Part shown: in pieces, positions 27,973 to 37,180 of the stretch
How positions within the stretch are numbered: position 1 is the first letter of the stretch
Layout: each line of letters opens with the position of its first letter
Sequence record: DRR723986_2407
Direction: 5' to 3' (one strand)
Length of the DNA: 38,185 bases
Made by a program: the position numbers and the translations under genes
The notes under the pieces: generated by a model
Told to the model about the DNA's origin: nothing
What the model saw: the letters and a program-made list of their open reading frames with translations, nothing else
Databases searched by the model: none

Positions 27973-28764
27973 CTAGCTGTCGCCGTTAATGTTCTGATCC
28001 ATATTCAGGGCGGGGATTTCTCGCGACAGGCGCCCGACCGGCTTCGCGGGTACGCCCGCCACGGTGGTATGGGCGGCAACAGGGTTGAGCACCACACTGC
28101 CCGCGGCGATCTTTGCGCCTTCACCGACGGTGATATTGCCCAGCACCTTGGCACCGGCGGCGATCAACACACCGTCTTCAATGTGTGGGTGCCGTGGGCC
28201 GCGACCACTGCCGCAGCCGCCGAGGGTCACGGAGTGCAGCATGGAAACATTATTGCCCACCACCGCGGTTTCACCAATCACGACGCCGGTGGCGTGATCG
28301 ACCATAATACCGCGGCCAATGCGCGCGGCCGGGTGAATATCAACATCGAATACGGTGGCGATGCGATTTTGCAAAAACAGCGATAAGGACTCGCGCCCCT
28401 GCCGCCACAGCCAATGGGCGATACGGTGGGCCTGAATCGCCTGAAAGCCTTTAAAGTATAGAAAGGGCATACCGTAGTGGTCACAGGCGGGGTCGCGATC
28501 GTAGTGGGCGCAAATATCAGCCACGGCTGCGGCGAGCACCTCCGGGTCAGCGGCATACGCCTCGCTTGCGACATCGCGTATCAGCATCGCGGGCACCGAA
28601 TCGCAGCCCAGGCGCGAGGCAATATGAAAACTCAACGCGGCAGAAAAGCTACCGTGATTGAGAATACTGGCGTGATAAAAGCTGGCCAGTACGGGTTCAT
28701 TGCGACCAAAGGCCTTGGCCTCCTCCTGCATAGCGGCCCACAGCTGCGCGACGCTTAAATTCAA
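27973..28764 (-). CDS. cysE: Serine O-acetyltransferase
   Basis: DRDPAC, FKGFQA, VDIHPAA, DHATGVVIGET and hexapeptide repeats; TTG start overlaps the upstream stop. Confidence 0.96.
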   Translation of the reverse strand: MNLSVAQLWAAMQEEAKAFGRNEPVLASFYHASILNHGSFSAALSFHIASRLGCDSVPAMLIRDVASEAYAADPEVLAAAVADICAHYDRDPACDHYGMPFLYFKGFQAIQAHRIAHWLWRQGRESLSLFLQNRIATVFDVDIHPAARIGRGIMVDHATGVVIGETAVVGNNVSMLHSVTLGGCGSGRGPRHPHIEDGVLIAAGAKVLGNITVGEGAKIAAGSVVLNPVAAHTTVAGVPAKPVGRLSREIPALNMDQNINGDS

Positions 28765-29525
28765 TATTCTTCTCCTACTGCCAACAGCGGTGCATACGCT
28801 GAAGGGTATGCCTCTTTAGGCACGGCAACATAGCGACGATACAACTCGTCTAAGTGCGTCAGTATCGGCTCTTTAAGTTCGATATCCGCCTCGGCGAGTA
28901 CCTGGCGCAATCGCCCTGGCGTGAGTGCGGACTCACAGCGTGCCGACAGCGGCGCATAGCTTAAATGCCAACGCTCCGGAGCGATACCCCCGCGGTCTTC
29001 AGCATAGGGTCGAAAGAAACCGTAACTGGCACCGTTGGCAAGTTGGTGGTCCAGCCAGTCGTGCAACGGAGCAAAGGGGCCGCCGTCGTTCACCTCCTGC
29101 GGGCTGAGCTGTACCGAATAATCACTGGCCACCGCCGCGGCGTCATACACGTCGATGTCGCTGCCCCAATGGTGGCGGGAGGCGCCGGGCAGGGCTGACC
29201 AACGCAAGATAGCATCGAGCAACTGCTCACAGCTTAATTCGTTAAAACACAGGGGCTGGCCGTCGCTATCGAGCAGCGGGCGACGACCACTGGCCTTCGC
29301 ATTCCAAATCGCCAATTGTCGGTCAAAGCCGCGGAACCCGCTGACAATTTTCAACTCAAAGCCTGCGCGCGCGGCATCTGATCGCAGCGCTTCGAAGGGC
29401 GCAACAATCGCAGGATGAACGGGACAGCCCAGCACATCCACCATCAGCGATTCGTCTTGCCCACACAGGAGCGCTTCTGTCAGTCGGTAATCGTCCATGT
29501 CGTCGCGGGTTCTGATAGTGTCCAC
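28761..29525 (-). CDS. M15 family (VanY-like) metallopeptidase / D,D-carboxypeptidase
   Basis: SGFRGFDRQ, WSALPGASRHHWGSDID and ERWHLSY; start may instead be the ATG at 29498. Confidence 0.9.
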   Translation of the reverse strand: MDTIRTRDDMDDYRLTEALLCGQDESLMVDVLGCPVHPAIVAPFEALRSDAARAGFELKIVSGFRGFDRQLAIWNAKASGRRPLLDSDGQPLCFNELSCEQLLDAILRWSALPGASRHHWGSDIDVYDAAAVASDYSVQLSPQEVNDGGPFAPLHDWLDHQLANGASYGFFRPYAEDRGGIAPERWHLSYAPLSARCESALTPGRLRQVLAEADIELKEPILTHLDELYRRYVAVPKEAYPSAYAPLLAVGEEY

Positions 29526-29589
29526 CTTTCAAGTCATGGCATCATAGTAACGCCATCAACTCAGTGGCGAAACCAGGAGCAAAAATACT

Positions 29590-30660
29590 GTGGAAGCTCA
29601 CACCGCCGACCACAAAAAAATCGCGTTAGCACTGGGCAGTGGCTCTGCCCGAGGCATGGCACATATTGGCGTTATTCAACGCCTGGGAGAACTGGGCATC
29701 AAGCCCGATATTATTGTCGGCACTTCCATCGGCTCGGTGATTGCCGCCTGCTATCTCACCGAACACCTGGACGATTTTTCAGCCTGGATTCAAACACTGA
29801 GCAGCGCCCAGGTTTTCCACTACATGAGTGTTAGCCTGACAGCCGCAGGCGGTGTGGCTCACGCGACACGACTGATCGACTACTTCATCAGTGAATACGG
29901 CAACCCCAATATCGAAGACTTATCGCTGCCCTTTGCCGCCGTCGCAACAGACCTCCAACGCGGCCGAGAAGTTTGGCTGCAGCGCGGCCCGCTGTGGGAG
30001 GCCGTACGCGCATCAATGGCGGTGCCCGGTGTATTAACGCCGGTGGCTCACCGCGACTCCTGGCTTGTGGACGGCGGCTTGGTAAACCCCGTTCCGGTGT
30101 CGGTGTGCCGCGCCCTCGGTGCCGACATCACCATTGGCGTTGACCTGAACAGCGACTTAGTTGGCCGCCGCAAAATTGAGCGAGACGCTCGCGCGCCCGA
30201 CAACGAGCAGCAGCGCAAAGAGGAGATCGCCGAAGAGGAGGAGGCCGAGGAGGATCACCCCGCTATCGGCCCGGATACTGACGGAGGGGGCGACGAAGAA
30301 TCGCAACTCGCCGCCGCGTTCAGCCGCTTTGCCAGCAGCGTAAAAGAAGCGGCCAGCAACTGGCGCAGCCCCAGCGAGAAAAAACCAGAAGCGCCCGGCA
30401 CCCTCAGCGTGATGATGAGCTCGATCAATATTATGCAGGACCGCATTACCCGCTCTCGCCTGGCCGGCGAACCGGCGGATATTATGCTGTGGCCGCGCCT
30501 GGGACACATCGGCTTGCTGGACTTTGGCGATGCCGCCGAGGCCATTGCCGAGGGCCGCGACGCCGTGGATCGCATGCTGCCCGCGATACGCCACGCCTTT
30601 AATAGCGAAGGTGATGACCGACTTGTCCAGACCGCCCCCGCCGGAGACCAGGAACTGTGA
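29590..30660 (+). CDS. rssA: Patatin-like phospholipase (RssA/NTE family)
   Basis: LGSGSARG, GTSIG nucleophile motif and DGG; AGGAG RBS with GTG start. Confidence 0.88.
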   Translation: MEAHTADHKKIALALGSGSARGMAHIGVIQRLGELGIKPDIIVGTSIGSVIAACYLTEHLDDFSAWIQTLSSAQVFHYMSVSLTAAGGVAHATRLIDYFISEYGNPNIEDLSLPFAAVATDLQRGREVWLQRGPLWEAVRASMAVPGVLTPVAHRDSWLVDGGLVNPVPVSVCRALGADITIGVDLNSDLVGRRKIERDARAPDNEQQRKEEIAEEEEAEEDHPAIGPDTDGGGDEESQLAAAFSRFASSVKEAASNWRSPSEKKPEAPGTLSVMMSSINIMQDRITRSRLAGEPADIMLWPRLGHIGLLDFGDAAEAIAEGRDAVDRMLPAIRHAFNSEGDDRLVQTAPAGDQEL

Positions 30661-30995
30661 CCGTACTTTGCCGCCTTGACGAGATCCCCGAACCCGGCTC
30701 CAAAGGCCTTAGCTATCAAGGTCACTCACTGTTTGCAGTCCGCAGTAATGGCGGTGTTTACCTGTATCGCAACCGTTGCCCCCACCTCGGCATTGAGCTG
30801 CACTGGCAGGAAGACCAATTCCTCGACGTGGAAGAAACGCTGATCCAATGCGCGACCCACGGCGCGCTGTTTATTATCGAGTCTGGTGAATGCGTCTCCG
30901 GTCCCTGCTTGGGTCAATCTTTGCAGGCACTGCGCTGCCGGGTAGAAAATGGCGAGCTATTACTCGACGAATTACTCGCCGAGCAGGCGCCCTAA
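30657..30995 (+). CDS. Rieske [2Fe-2S] protein
   Basis: NRCPH and CATHGALF Rieske motifs. Confidence 0.92.
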   Translation: MTVLCRLDEIPEPGSKGLSYQGHSLFAVRSNGGVYLYRNRCPHLGIELHWQEDQFLDVEETLIQCATHGALFIIESGECVSGPCLGQSLQALRCRVENGELLLDELLAEQAP

Positions 30996-31690
30996 GCCGT
31001 CACTGGCAGCGATGATTGCAGGCGCATCCCCTGCTCATCAATCTGCGCGCGATATGCCAGCAGTTGCACGCCATCGCGCTGAGCTTCAGCCAATTCGCGC
31101 GCATAGGCGGGGTCGATATCCGCCGCAGCTGCCACCGCGTTAATCCCCTCGTGCAACACCGCAAAAAGCAGCACCGCTTGCCCGCCCGCGGCAACGTGTT
31201 CACGCAAGCCGCGAATGTGGCGACGCGCCCGCGTGCTCACCGCATCGGGAAAACGACCTCCTCCGCCCTCGCTTAACAGGGTTACCGATTTAACCTCCAC
31301 ATTACAGGGGCCACTTGCTGTCTCCAGGACGAAGTCGATGCGACTGCCGTCGGGCAAACGCTGCTCAGTTTGATAGCCTGAACACCCAGCAAGCTCTGTT
31401 ATCACTTGTTCATCCAAGGCCTCGGCCACCAGCTTATTGGCCAAGGCCGAGTGGATACACACCTTGTTACCGTCTACCTCTACCAACTGCCAGGTGTAGG
31501 CATACTTACGCTTGGGGTTGTCGCTGTAACTCAACCACACGCGACTACCGGGCGTATCGCAACCGGTCATGGCACCGGTGTTGGGGCAGTGTACGGTCAA
31601 CTCGGTGCCGCACTCCAGGCGCACATCGGCGAGAAATCGCTTATAGCGACGAAGCAGTACAGCGGGAGTCAGAGGAGACGGCCATTGCAT
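30992..31690 (-). CDS. sfsA: Sugar fermentation stimulation protein / nuclease SfsA
   Basis: RRYKRFLADV, HCPNTGAM, SRIDF, VEVKSVT and FPDAVSTR. Confidence 0.95.
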   Translation of the reverse strand: MQWPSPLTPAVLLRRYKRFLADVRLECGTELTVHCPNTGAMTGCDTPGSRVWLSYSDNPKRKYAYTWQLVEVDGNKVCIHSALANKLVAEALDEQVITELAGCSGYQTEQRLPDGSRIDFVLETASGPCNVEVKSVTLLSEGGGGRFPDAVSTRARRHIRGLREHVAAGGQAVLLFAVLHEGINAVAAAADIDPAYARELAEAQRDGVQLLAYRAQIDEQGMRLQSSLPVTA

Positions 31691-31804
31691 AAACGGGCAC
31701 CCTTTTCATTTTGTTTTCTCAGCGACGTGATCGACGTTGCACATCTATCCTGAAGCTCTCACACTACCCACTAAGATTGTTAATCAGGGGCAGCCCAGCG
31801 CACA

Positions 31805-34462
31805 ATGTTAAAAAAATTGTTGCTTAGCGTCAGTGTTTTACTGCTACTCATCATCATTGGCATCACCGCCATTGTTATTCAGCCACAACTTCTGCAGGGC
31901 GCAATCGCGACGGGCGGCCAGCGTTTTGCCGGCCTCGACATCACCTTCGAGTCGCTCAGTTCCCACCGCAGCCCACTGCGGCTGGAGCTGAAGGGACTGG
32001 AGCTTCGCAATCCCGACTGGCCCGAGCCAACACTGTTACGCCTAGACTCCTTGTCGCTGAAGCTTATCGCCTCCCCCTTTGACGACGGCGCCTTCTGGTC
32101 GCTGCACAGTGAAGGGCTCACCGTTAATCTGGAGCACAACCGCGAGGGCGAACTCAACTGGCTGACCAGCAAACTGCGTGGCAACGGCGAAACCCCTCCG
32201 CCAGATACTGAGCCCTCTGCCCCTGCTCCCGTGCAATTACCGGGCGATTTTAATTTTCAGGAAATTGTCCTGCTAGACAGCCATATTCATATTCTGCGCG
32301 CCGACGGCAAGCGCTATCACATCGACCTGCCCGAGGTGAGAGGTGAGCGCAGTGAAACAGCGAACGGTCACCTCTCATTGGAGCTGGCCTATGCCCAGCA
32401 CCATTTTTTGGTGAGCGGGGATATCGTGTTGTTTGATCCCAGTGCCGGTGTGCTGGACTATCAACTCGCCATCGAACATGAAGATGCCCAACTTAAAAGC
32501 GAGGGCCGTCTATCGCTAAGCCCGGACCTATCCGGCAGCCGCATAGATCTATCCCTCGCCTTGCAGCGCCTGGAGGCACTGGCAACCATGGCAGGTTTGG
32601 AGCAAGCACCTGCGCTACCCGAAAGCCGCCTGGCCACAACCTTAGTCATCGACAATGGCTACCAGCTCAGCGACACCACCCTGGCCCTTGGCGACAACAC
32701 CCTGTCTGGCACACTGACCATCGCCACTGATTTTTCGCAGGTCGACGCCACGCTGAGCAGCCCCGCATTGAATATCGATGCACTGCAGGAAATTTTCGCG
32801 CCCGCCCCGCAGGAGTCAACACAGGCCGATGCGACAGCAGAACCAGCTGAGACCGCGATGGACTGGCAGTGGTTGAGCAAACCAGAAGTGAAAGCAACAC
32901 TCGCGATCGAGCGACTGCTCGCCAGCGGCTGGCAACTGGATGCACTGAAGGTCACCGCCACAACGGGCGAGCAGCTGTCCGCGGACTTTAGTATTGCCAC
33001 GGTAAGTGAGGCGGCCAGCCAACGCCAGCTAAACGACGTAACGGGGGAATTGCGCCTGACGCCACTGGCACCGCAGAGCGGAGGCGCTGATGCCCGCTTA
33101 GAACTGGCACTAAGCGAGCGCGGCGTAAACATCGATATAGAAGGTGACGTTAACCTCAACGGCAAGGCTGGCAACGCGCTAAAGATCCGCGCGCAAGCGC
33201 CACAAAGCGCACACCTTTGGGCACTGGCACAGCTGCCCTGGCAAGAAGCCGGCGCGCTGGAACTAACCGGGCAGTTCGCCAGTGAGGCGCAAGGCTACAC
33301 GGTAAACAGTTCCGCCTCACTGGGTGAGCAACAGGCCGATGTAACGCTGGAATACAACACGCCTGAGGCCTTGGAGTACGGCCACCTAGACGGCCAATTA
33401 ACCCTTAAAAACCTCTCGATGGCCTTCACTTCGCCCGCTAATGAAAGCGCTTCTACGCAAACCAGCACGCCGCGTCCGCGCAGCAAAAAATTGCTGAGTA
33501 AAGACCCCATCGCCTTTGATGCTCTGCATAAATTCGAAGGCCAACTAAACATTGATCTTCAAGATGTCGACACCGGCTACACCTACATTAAGCGAGCCTC
33601 TCTCGCGCCCAGCGTGAAGAAAGGTGTGCTGACTCTCAGCGACAGTCGCATTCTCACCAACGGCGGTGAAGCCCAGCTTTCCGCGCGGTTGGACGCCAAT
33701 GGCGAGCGCCCGCAACTGCGCAGTGAAATCCGTGTTGACGGTAGCGACTACGGCAAGCTCGGCTTAGAAAAAGCGGCGGGCATCCGCGGTGGTACTGGCG
33801 ATATACGCCTTAATCTGCGCGCCAGCGGAAACAGCCCTGCTGACCTGGCCGCCTCCCTCAACGGCCAGGTCGATATCAAAATTACCGACCTGGAGGCCAA
33901 GGGCAATGCGCTGAACCTGATCGGTAGCGACGTGCTCACTGAAACGTTTAACAAGCTCAATCCCTTTCGGGAAAAACGCAGCACCACACAGATCGAGTGT
34001 CTGGCCGTGCACTTTAAAGGCAATGACGGCAAATTCATTAGCAACGACGGCATCGCTCTGGAAACCGAGGCCAGTAAGATTATCGGTACAGGCCATATCG
34101 ATTTTGCCAACGAAGAGTTGCGGTTCGGTATTTCGCCCATCGCTCGCAAGGGCGTTGGCATTAATGTTGGCGCCGCCGCCGGCTTGGTGCGACTGGGAGG
34201 CAGCTTCAGCAAACCGCGCGTGGAGGCCGACCCCGGTGGTATGTTTACCTCGGGTCTCTCTACTGGTGCAGCCATTTATACAGGCGGTCTGTCGCTGGTC
34301 GCGCAGGGTTTAATGAAGCGCGCGCTGTATTCGGGGAGTGCCTGTGATGGCGCCTTGGAAGAAATTCCCAGCGCTGACGAACTACCTCCGGAGTTACTGC
34401 AACCTGCTGACAACCCCGCCGCACCGGCCAGCACAGAACAAGTGACTCAGCCCAAGACCTAA
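31805..34462 (+). CDS. AsmA-family membrane-bridging protein
   Basis: 885 aa; N-terminal TM anchor, beta-rich body with LNW motif, AsmA-like C terminus (GTGHIDFANEEL...VRLGGSFSKPRV). Confidence 0.8.
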   Translation: MLKKLLLSVSVLLLLIIIGITAIVIQPQLLQGAIATGGQRFAGLDITFESLSSHRSPLRLELKGLELRNPDWPEPTLLRLDSLSLKLIASPFDDGAFWSLHSEGLTVNLEHNREGELNWLTSKLRGNGETPPPDTEPSAPAPVQLPGDFNFQEIVLLDSHIHILRADGKRYHIDLPEVRGERSETANGHLSLELAYAQHHFLVSGDIVLFDPSAGVLDYQLAIEHEDAQLKSEGRLSLSPDLSGSRIDLSLALQRLEALATMAGLEQAPALPESRLATTLVIDNGYQLSDTTLALGDNTLSGTLTIATDFSQVDATLSSPALNIDALQEIFAPAPQESTQADATAEPAETAMDWQWLSKPEVKATLAIERLLASGWQLDALKVTATTGEQLSADFSIATVSEAASQRQLNDVTGELRLTPLAPQSGGADARLELALSERGVNIDIEGDVNLNGKAGNALKIRAQAPQSAHLWALAQLPWQEAGALELTGQFASEAQGYTVNSSASLGEQQADVTLEYNTPEALEYGHLDGQLTLKNLSMAFTSPANESASTQTSTPRPRSKKLLSKDPIAFDALHKFEGQLNIDLQDVDTGYTYIKRASLAPSVKKGVLTLSDSRILTNGGEAQLSARLDANGERPQLRSEIRVDGSDYGKLGLEKAAGIRGGTGDIRLNLRASGNSPADLAASLNGQVDIKITDLEAKGNALNLIGSDVLTETFNKLNPFREKRSTTQIECLAVHFKGNDGKFISNDGIALETEASKIIGTGHIDFANEELRFGISPIARKGVGINVGAAAGLVRLGGSFSKPRVEADPGGMFTSGLSTGAAIYTGGLSLVAQGLMKRALYSGSACDGALEEIPSADELPPELLQPADNPAAPASTEQVTQPKT

Positions 34463-34484
34463 GAGAGCCCGAGCCCTGGGCGGG

Positions 34485-35528
34485 TTAGTCAGCCATTTTC
34501 TTTAAGCGGTACACCCGAAAGCCATCCTGTTCGCAGAGCAGCTCATGCTCAGCGAACAACGCTGCGGCATAGCGCGGCAGGGGAATAAACTGGTTAACCA
34601 CAAACAGCGCTTCGCCGTTACGCTTGAGCAAGCGCGCGGCGGACTTTAGGAATCGCTCAATCAGACCGCCTTCAATAGCAAAGCCCTGATGAAACGGCGG
34701 GTTACACAGCACTAAATCCACCGGCCCACTGAGGCCATCGGCACAATCGGCCAGTTGGATGTCTGCGGTCAGACCGTGCACTTTCGCATTTTTCTCGCAG
34801 GCGAGTAGCGCTGTGGCATTGTTATCGGTCATCAACCATTGGCTATCAGGAAGTTGTTGGGCGGCCATAATACTGAGATAGCCATAGCCGCAACCAAGGT
34901 CAGCCAGCCGTTTGGGGGCACGCGCCGTTGACGCCAACACGTCGGATAGTTGCTCAATTAGCAGAGCGCTGCCGCGATCGATTTTCTGCCAGCCGTAGAT
35001 ACCCGGCTTGCTGTACATAGCGGGCGACTCGTGGATCAGCCGCAGTTGCCGGTAGTCTTTATCTGGCAACCTCGCATCGCTGTCACCCTGTTTGGTCAGG
35101 GTGGCAACATAGGCACCGGCGTCGCACTTTTCGATGTGGCGCGAGGCATCGAATACCTTGGCAGCTTTGTCAGCGTAGCCTTTCACACCATCATTCTTGT
35201 AGCCGCTAAGCAGCAGGCGCCCCCCAACCGGGAGCGCTGACATCGCGGCGTTGATTAACATGTTGACCAGCGGCCTTTCTTTCGACACGCGGTACACAAT
35301 AGTCTGCGGCGGTGCCTCAAGCGTTGCGGGCACGTCAAAGTCGCCCAACGACACGGAAAATCCCCCGGCAGAGAGCGCCTGGGCGGTATCGCAGCGATTA
35401 CTAAATACGTGGCAGTCACCCCGCGCGGCCGGCAGCTCTCCCGAGACCTGCTCGTCGGCAAACCACCAAACCGGGCCCGCGAGTTCGGGCAGGCGGTCAT
35501 AGAGCTGTTGCAGCGGCCCATCATTCAT
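34485..35528 (-). CDS. RsmC-like class I SAM-dependent methyltransferase
   Basis: PGIYGWQKIDRGSALL, DLGCGYG and CNPPFHQG; duplicated-domain architecture. Confidence 0.85.
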   Translation of the reverse strand: MNDGPLQQLYDRLPELAGPVWWFADEQVSGELPAARGDCHVFSNRCDTAQALSAGGFSVSLGDFDVPATLEAPPQTIVYRVSKERPLVNMLINAAMSALPVGGRLLLSGYKNDGVKGYADKAAKVFDASRHIEKCDAGAYVATLTKQGDSDARLPDKDYRQLRLIHESPAMYSKPGIYGWQKIDRGSALLIEQLSDVLASTARAPKRLADLGCGYGYLSIMAAQQLPDSQWLMTDNNATALLACEKNAKVHGLTADIQLADCADGLSGPVDLVLCNPPFHQGFAIEGGLIERFLKSAARLLKRNGEALFVVNQFIPLPRYAAALFAEHELLCEQDGFRVYRLKKMAD

Positions 35529-36243
35529 GTGGTGTCATCACGCTTGCGCGCTCCTCAGCGGTTAGCGGGCGGTACTCGCCCTCTTCCAGGGTTTCATCGA
35601 GCTCAATATCCCCAATCGCCTCGCGATGCAGCTCAATCACGGCATTGCCCAGCGCGCCAAACATACGTTTAACTTGGTGGTAACGCCCCTCGCAAATACG
35701 CAGGCGCGCTTCGCAGCTGGCGAGAATTTCCAGCTCGGCAGGTAAGGTACGCTGCTTGTCGTCTTTCAGGAAAATACCTTTCGCGAACTTTGCTATCACC
35801 GCCTCAGCTATGGGCTCGGCCGTGCGCAGCCAGTATCGCTTCCAACACTGCTGCTTGGGCGAGGTAACGGCGTGAGACCAATTGCCATCGTCAGTCAGCA
35901 ACACCAGACCAGTGGTATCTATATCCAAGCGACCGGCAACGTGCAGCTTCTCGGGATTATCTTCATCGAGCAAATCCAGTACCGTTAAATGCCTGCGGTC
36001 GCGGGCTGCGCAAACATAGTCCTGCGGTTTATTGAGCATAAAATAACGTGGCTGAGCACTGCGCAGTGGCTGCCCGCGCAGACGGATATCGGCATCCTCG
36101 GCGACCGCTGCTCGCGGATCGGTCAATAGCGAGCCGTCGAGACTGACCTCACCGGCTTTAATTAGGCGCTTGGCATCACTGCGAGAATAGTCAGTCACCG
36201 TTGCCAAAAAGCGGTCTAGGCGGATGGTTTTACTGGAAGACAC
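35521..36243 (-). CDS. rsuA: 16S rRNA pseudouridine(516) synthase
   Basis: S4 domain (RLDRFL), GRLDIDTTGL and EGRYHQVKRMF; probable GTG start at 36243 after AGGA. Confidence 0.93.
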   Translation of the reverse strand: MSSSKTIRLDRFLATVTDYSRSDAKRLIKAGEVSLDGSLLTDPRAAVAEDADIRLRGQPLRSAQPRYFMLNKPQDYVCAARDRRHLTVLDLLDEDNPEKLHVAGRLDIDTTGLVLLTDDGNWSHAVTSPKQQCWKRYWLRTAEPIAEAVIAKFAKGIFLKDDKQRTLPAELEILASCEARLRICEGRYHQVKRMFGALGNAVIELHREAIGDIELDETLEEGEYRPLTAEERASVMTPHE

Positions 36244-36265
36244 CCAATATATCCTGTTCAGGCAC

Positions 36266-36288
36266 AAAAAAGGGGCTTGCGCCCCTTT
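36266..36288 (-). terminator. Intrinsic terminator after the 152-aa gene
   Basis: Minus strand AAAGGGGC-GCAA-GCCCCTTTTTT: GNRA loop and U tract. Confidence 0.8.
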
Positions 36289-36345
36289 CGTATTTTACAT
36301 GCTTAAACGCGATATGCAGCGTCTAGTTTAGACGCCCGCCGCTAC

Positions 36346-36804
36346 TTACTCGGCGCCCGCCTCTACATTGGCGTTCACACGAATATTACCTAAGCCCTTA
36401 ATCGCTTTCTTGGCATCATCCGCTTTCGCCTTTGCATCGGCTTTTGCTTCAGCTCGGGCTTCAGCACGTGCCTCGGCTTCTTGCTCAGCTTTGGCATCAC
36501 GCTCGGCGCGCTTGGCTTCCATCTCAGCTTTCTTTGCTTCCATTTCTGCGCGCTTTGCCTCGCGCTTGGCTTCCATTTCCGCACGCTTCTCGTCAGCTTT
36601 CGCCTTCATTTCAGCGCTTTTGTCTTTGCCGTACTGGTTCGCTTCTTCTGCTGAAGCGCTGGCATTTACTTCGGCATTTGCCTCAACACTCGCTTCGCTA
36701 GAGCCGCCAAACAAGCGCCCAAAGAAACCGCGATCGTCGTCAGCCAAAGCCACAGTGCTGCTAAACATCACGGTGGCAGCAATAACACAGTGTTTAATCG
36801 ACAT
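36346..36804 (-). CDS. Exported Ala/Glu/Lys-rich repetitive helical hypothetical protein
   Basis: Signal peptide ending ALA; AEM(E/K)AK repeats; GGGGA RBS; has its own terminator. Confidence 0.8.
   Translation of the reverse strand: MSIKHCVIAATVMFSSTVALADDDRGFFGRLFGGSSEASVEANAEVNASASAEEANQYGKDKSAEMKAKADEKRAEMEAKREAKRAEMEAKKAEMEAKRAERDAKAEQEAEARAEARAEAKADAKAKADDAKKAIKGLGNIRVNANVEAGAE
36510..36620 (-). repeat. Imperfect intragenic repeats encoding AEM(E/K)AK four times
   Basis: Recurrent (c/t)tt(g/t)gcttccat..gc units on the + strand. Confidence 0.6.
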
Positions 36805-37180
36805 AATGTATCCCCAGATATTGGTATTTGATTTTTCGTATTGTTACGCACCACGACCCTAGGGTCGTTTTCAGCGCTCACCCAAGTCGATGGGTGATCT
36901 ACCACTTTCACAGTCTAGATTTGGCGGCAAAGAACTCAAGCGCCCTGAGCAGCAATATTCACCGCAACTAAATCCAAGCTGTATTGTCCGGCAGCGCAAA
37001 ACGCCACCGCAAACGCAGCTTACACCACCTAGCTGAATGGAATATGAACACTGACTCACAGAAAACAAACCGGGCGAAGCGAGTATTGCGCGGCAAGTGC
37101 AATTGCCAAATTTTGGGAATACCCCTATCTTACTAGGGTGATTGCAAAAGAAGACAAGAACACCAAGGAAGGAGTTCTCA

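Noticed and set aside
27757-28386. 209-aa ORF on the + strand
   Set aside because: Runs through an intergenic region and antisense to cysE; no recognisable domain.
36368-36862. 164-aa Ala/Ser/Phe-rich ORF on the + strand
   Set aside because: Antisense mirror of the A/E/K repeat gene, which has the signal peptide, RBS and terminator.
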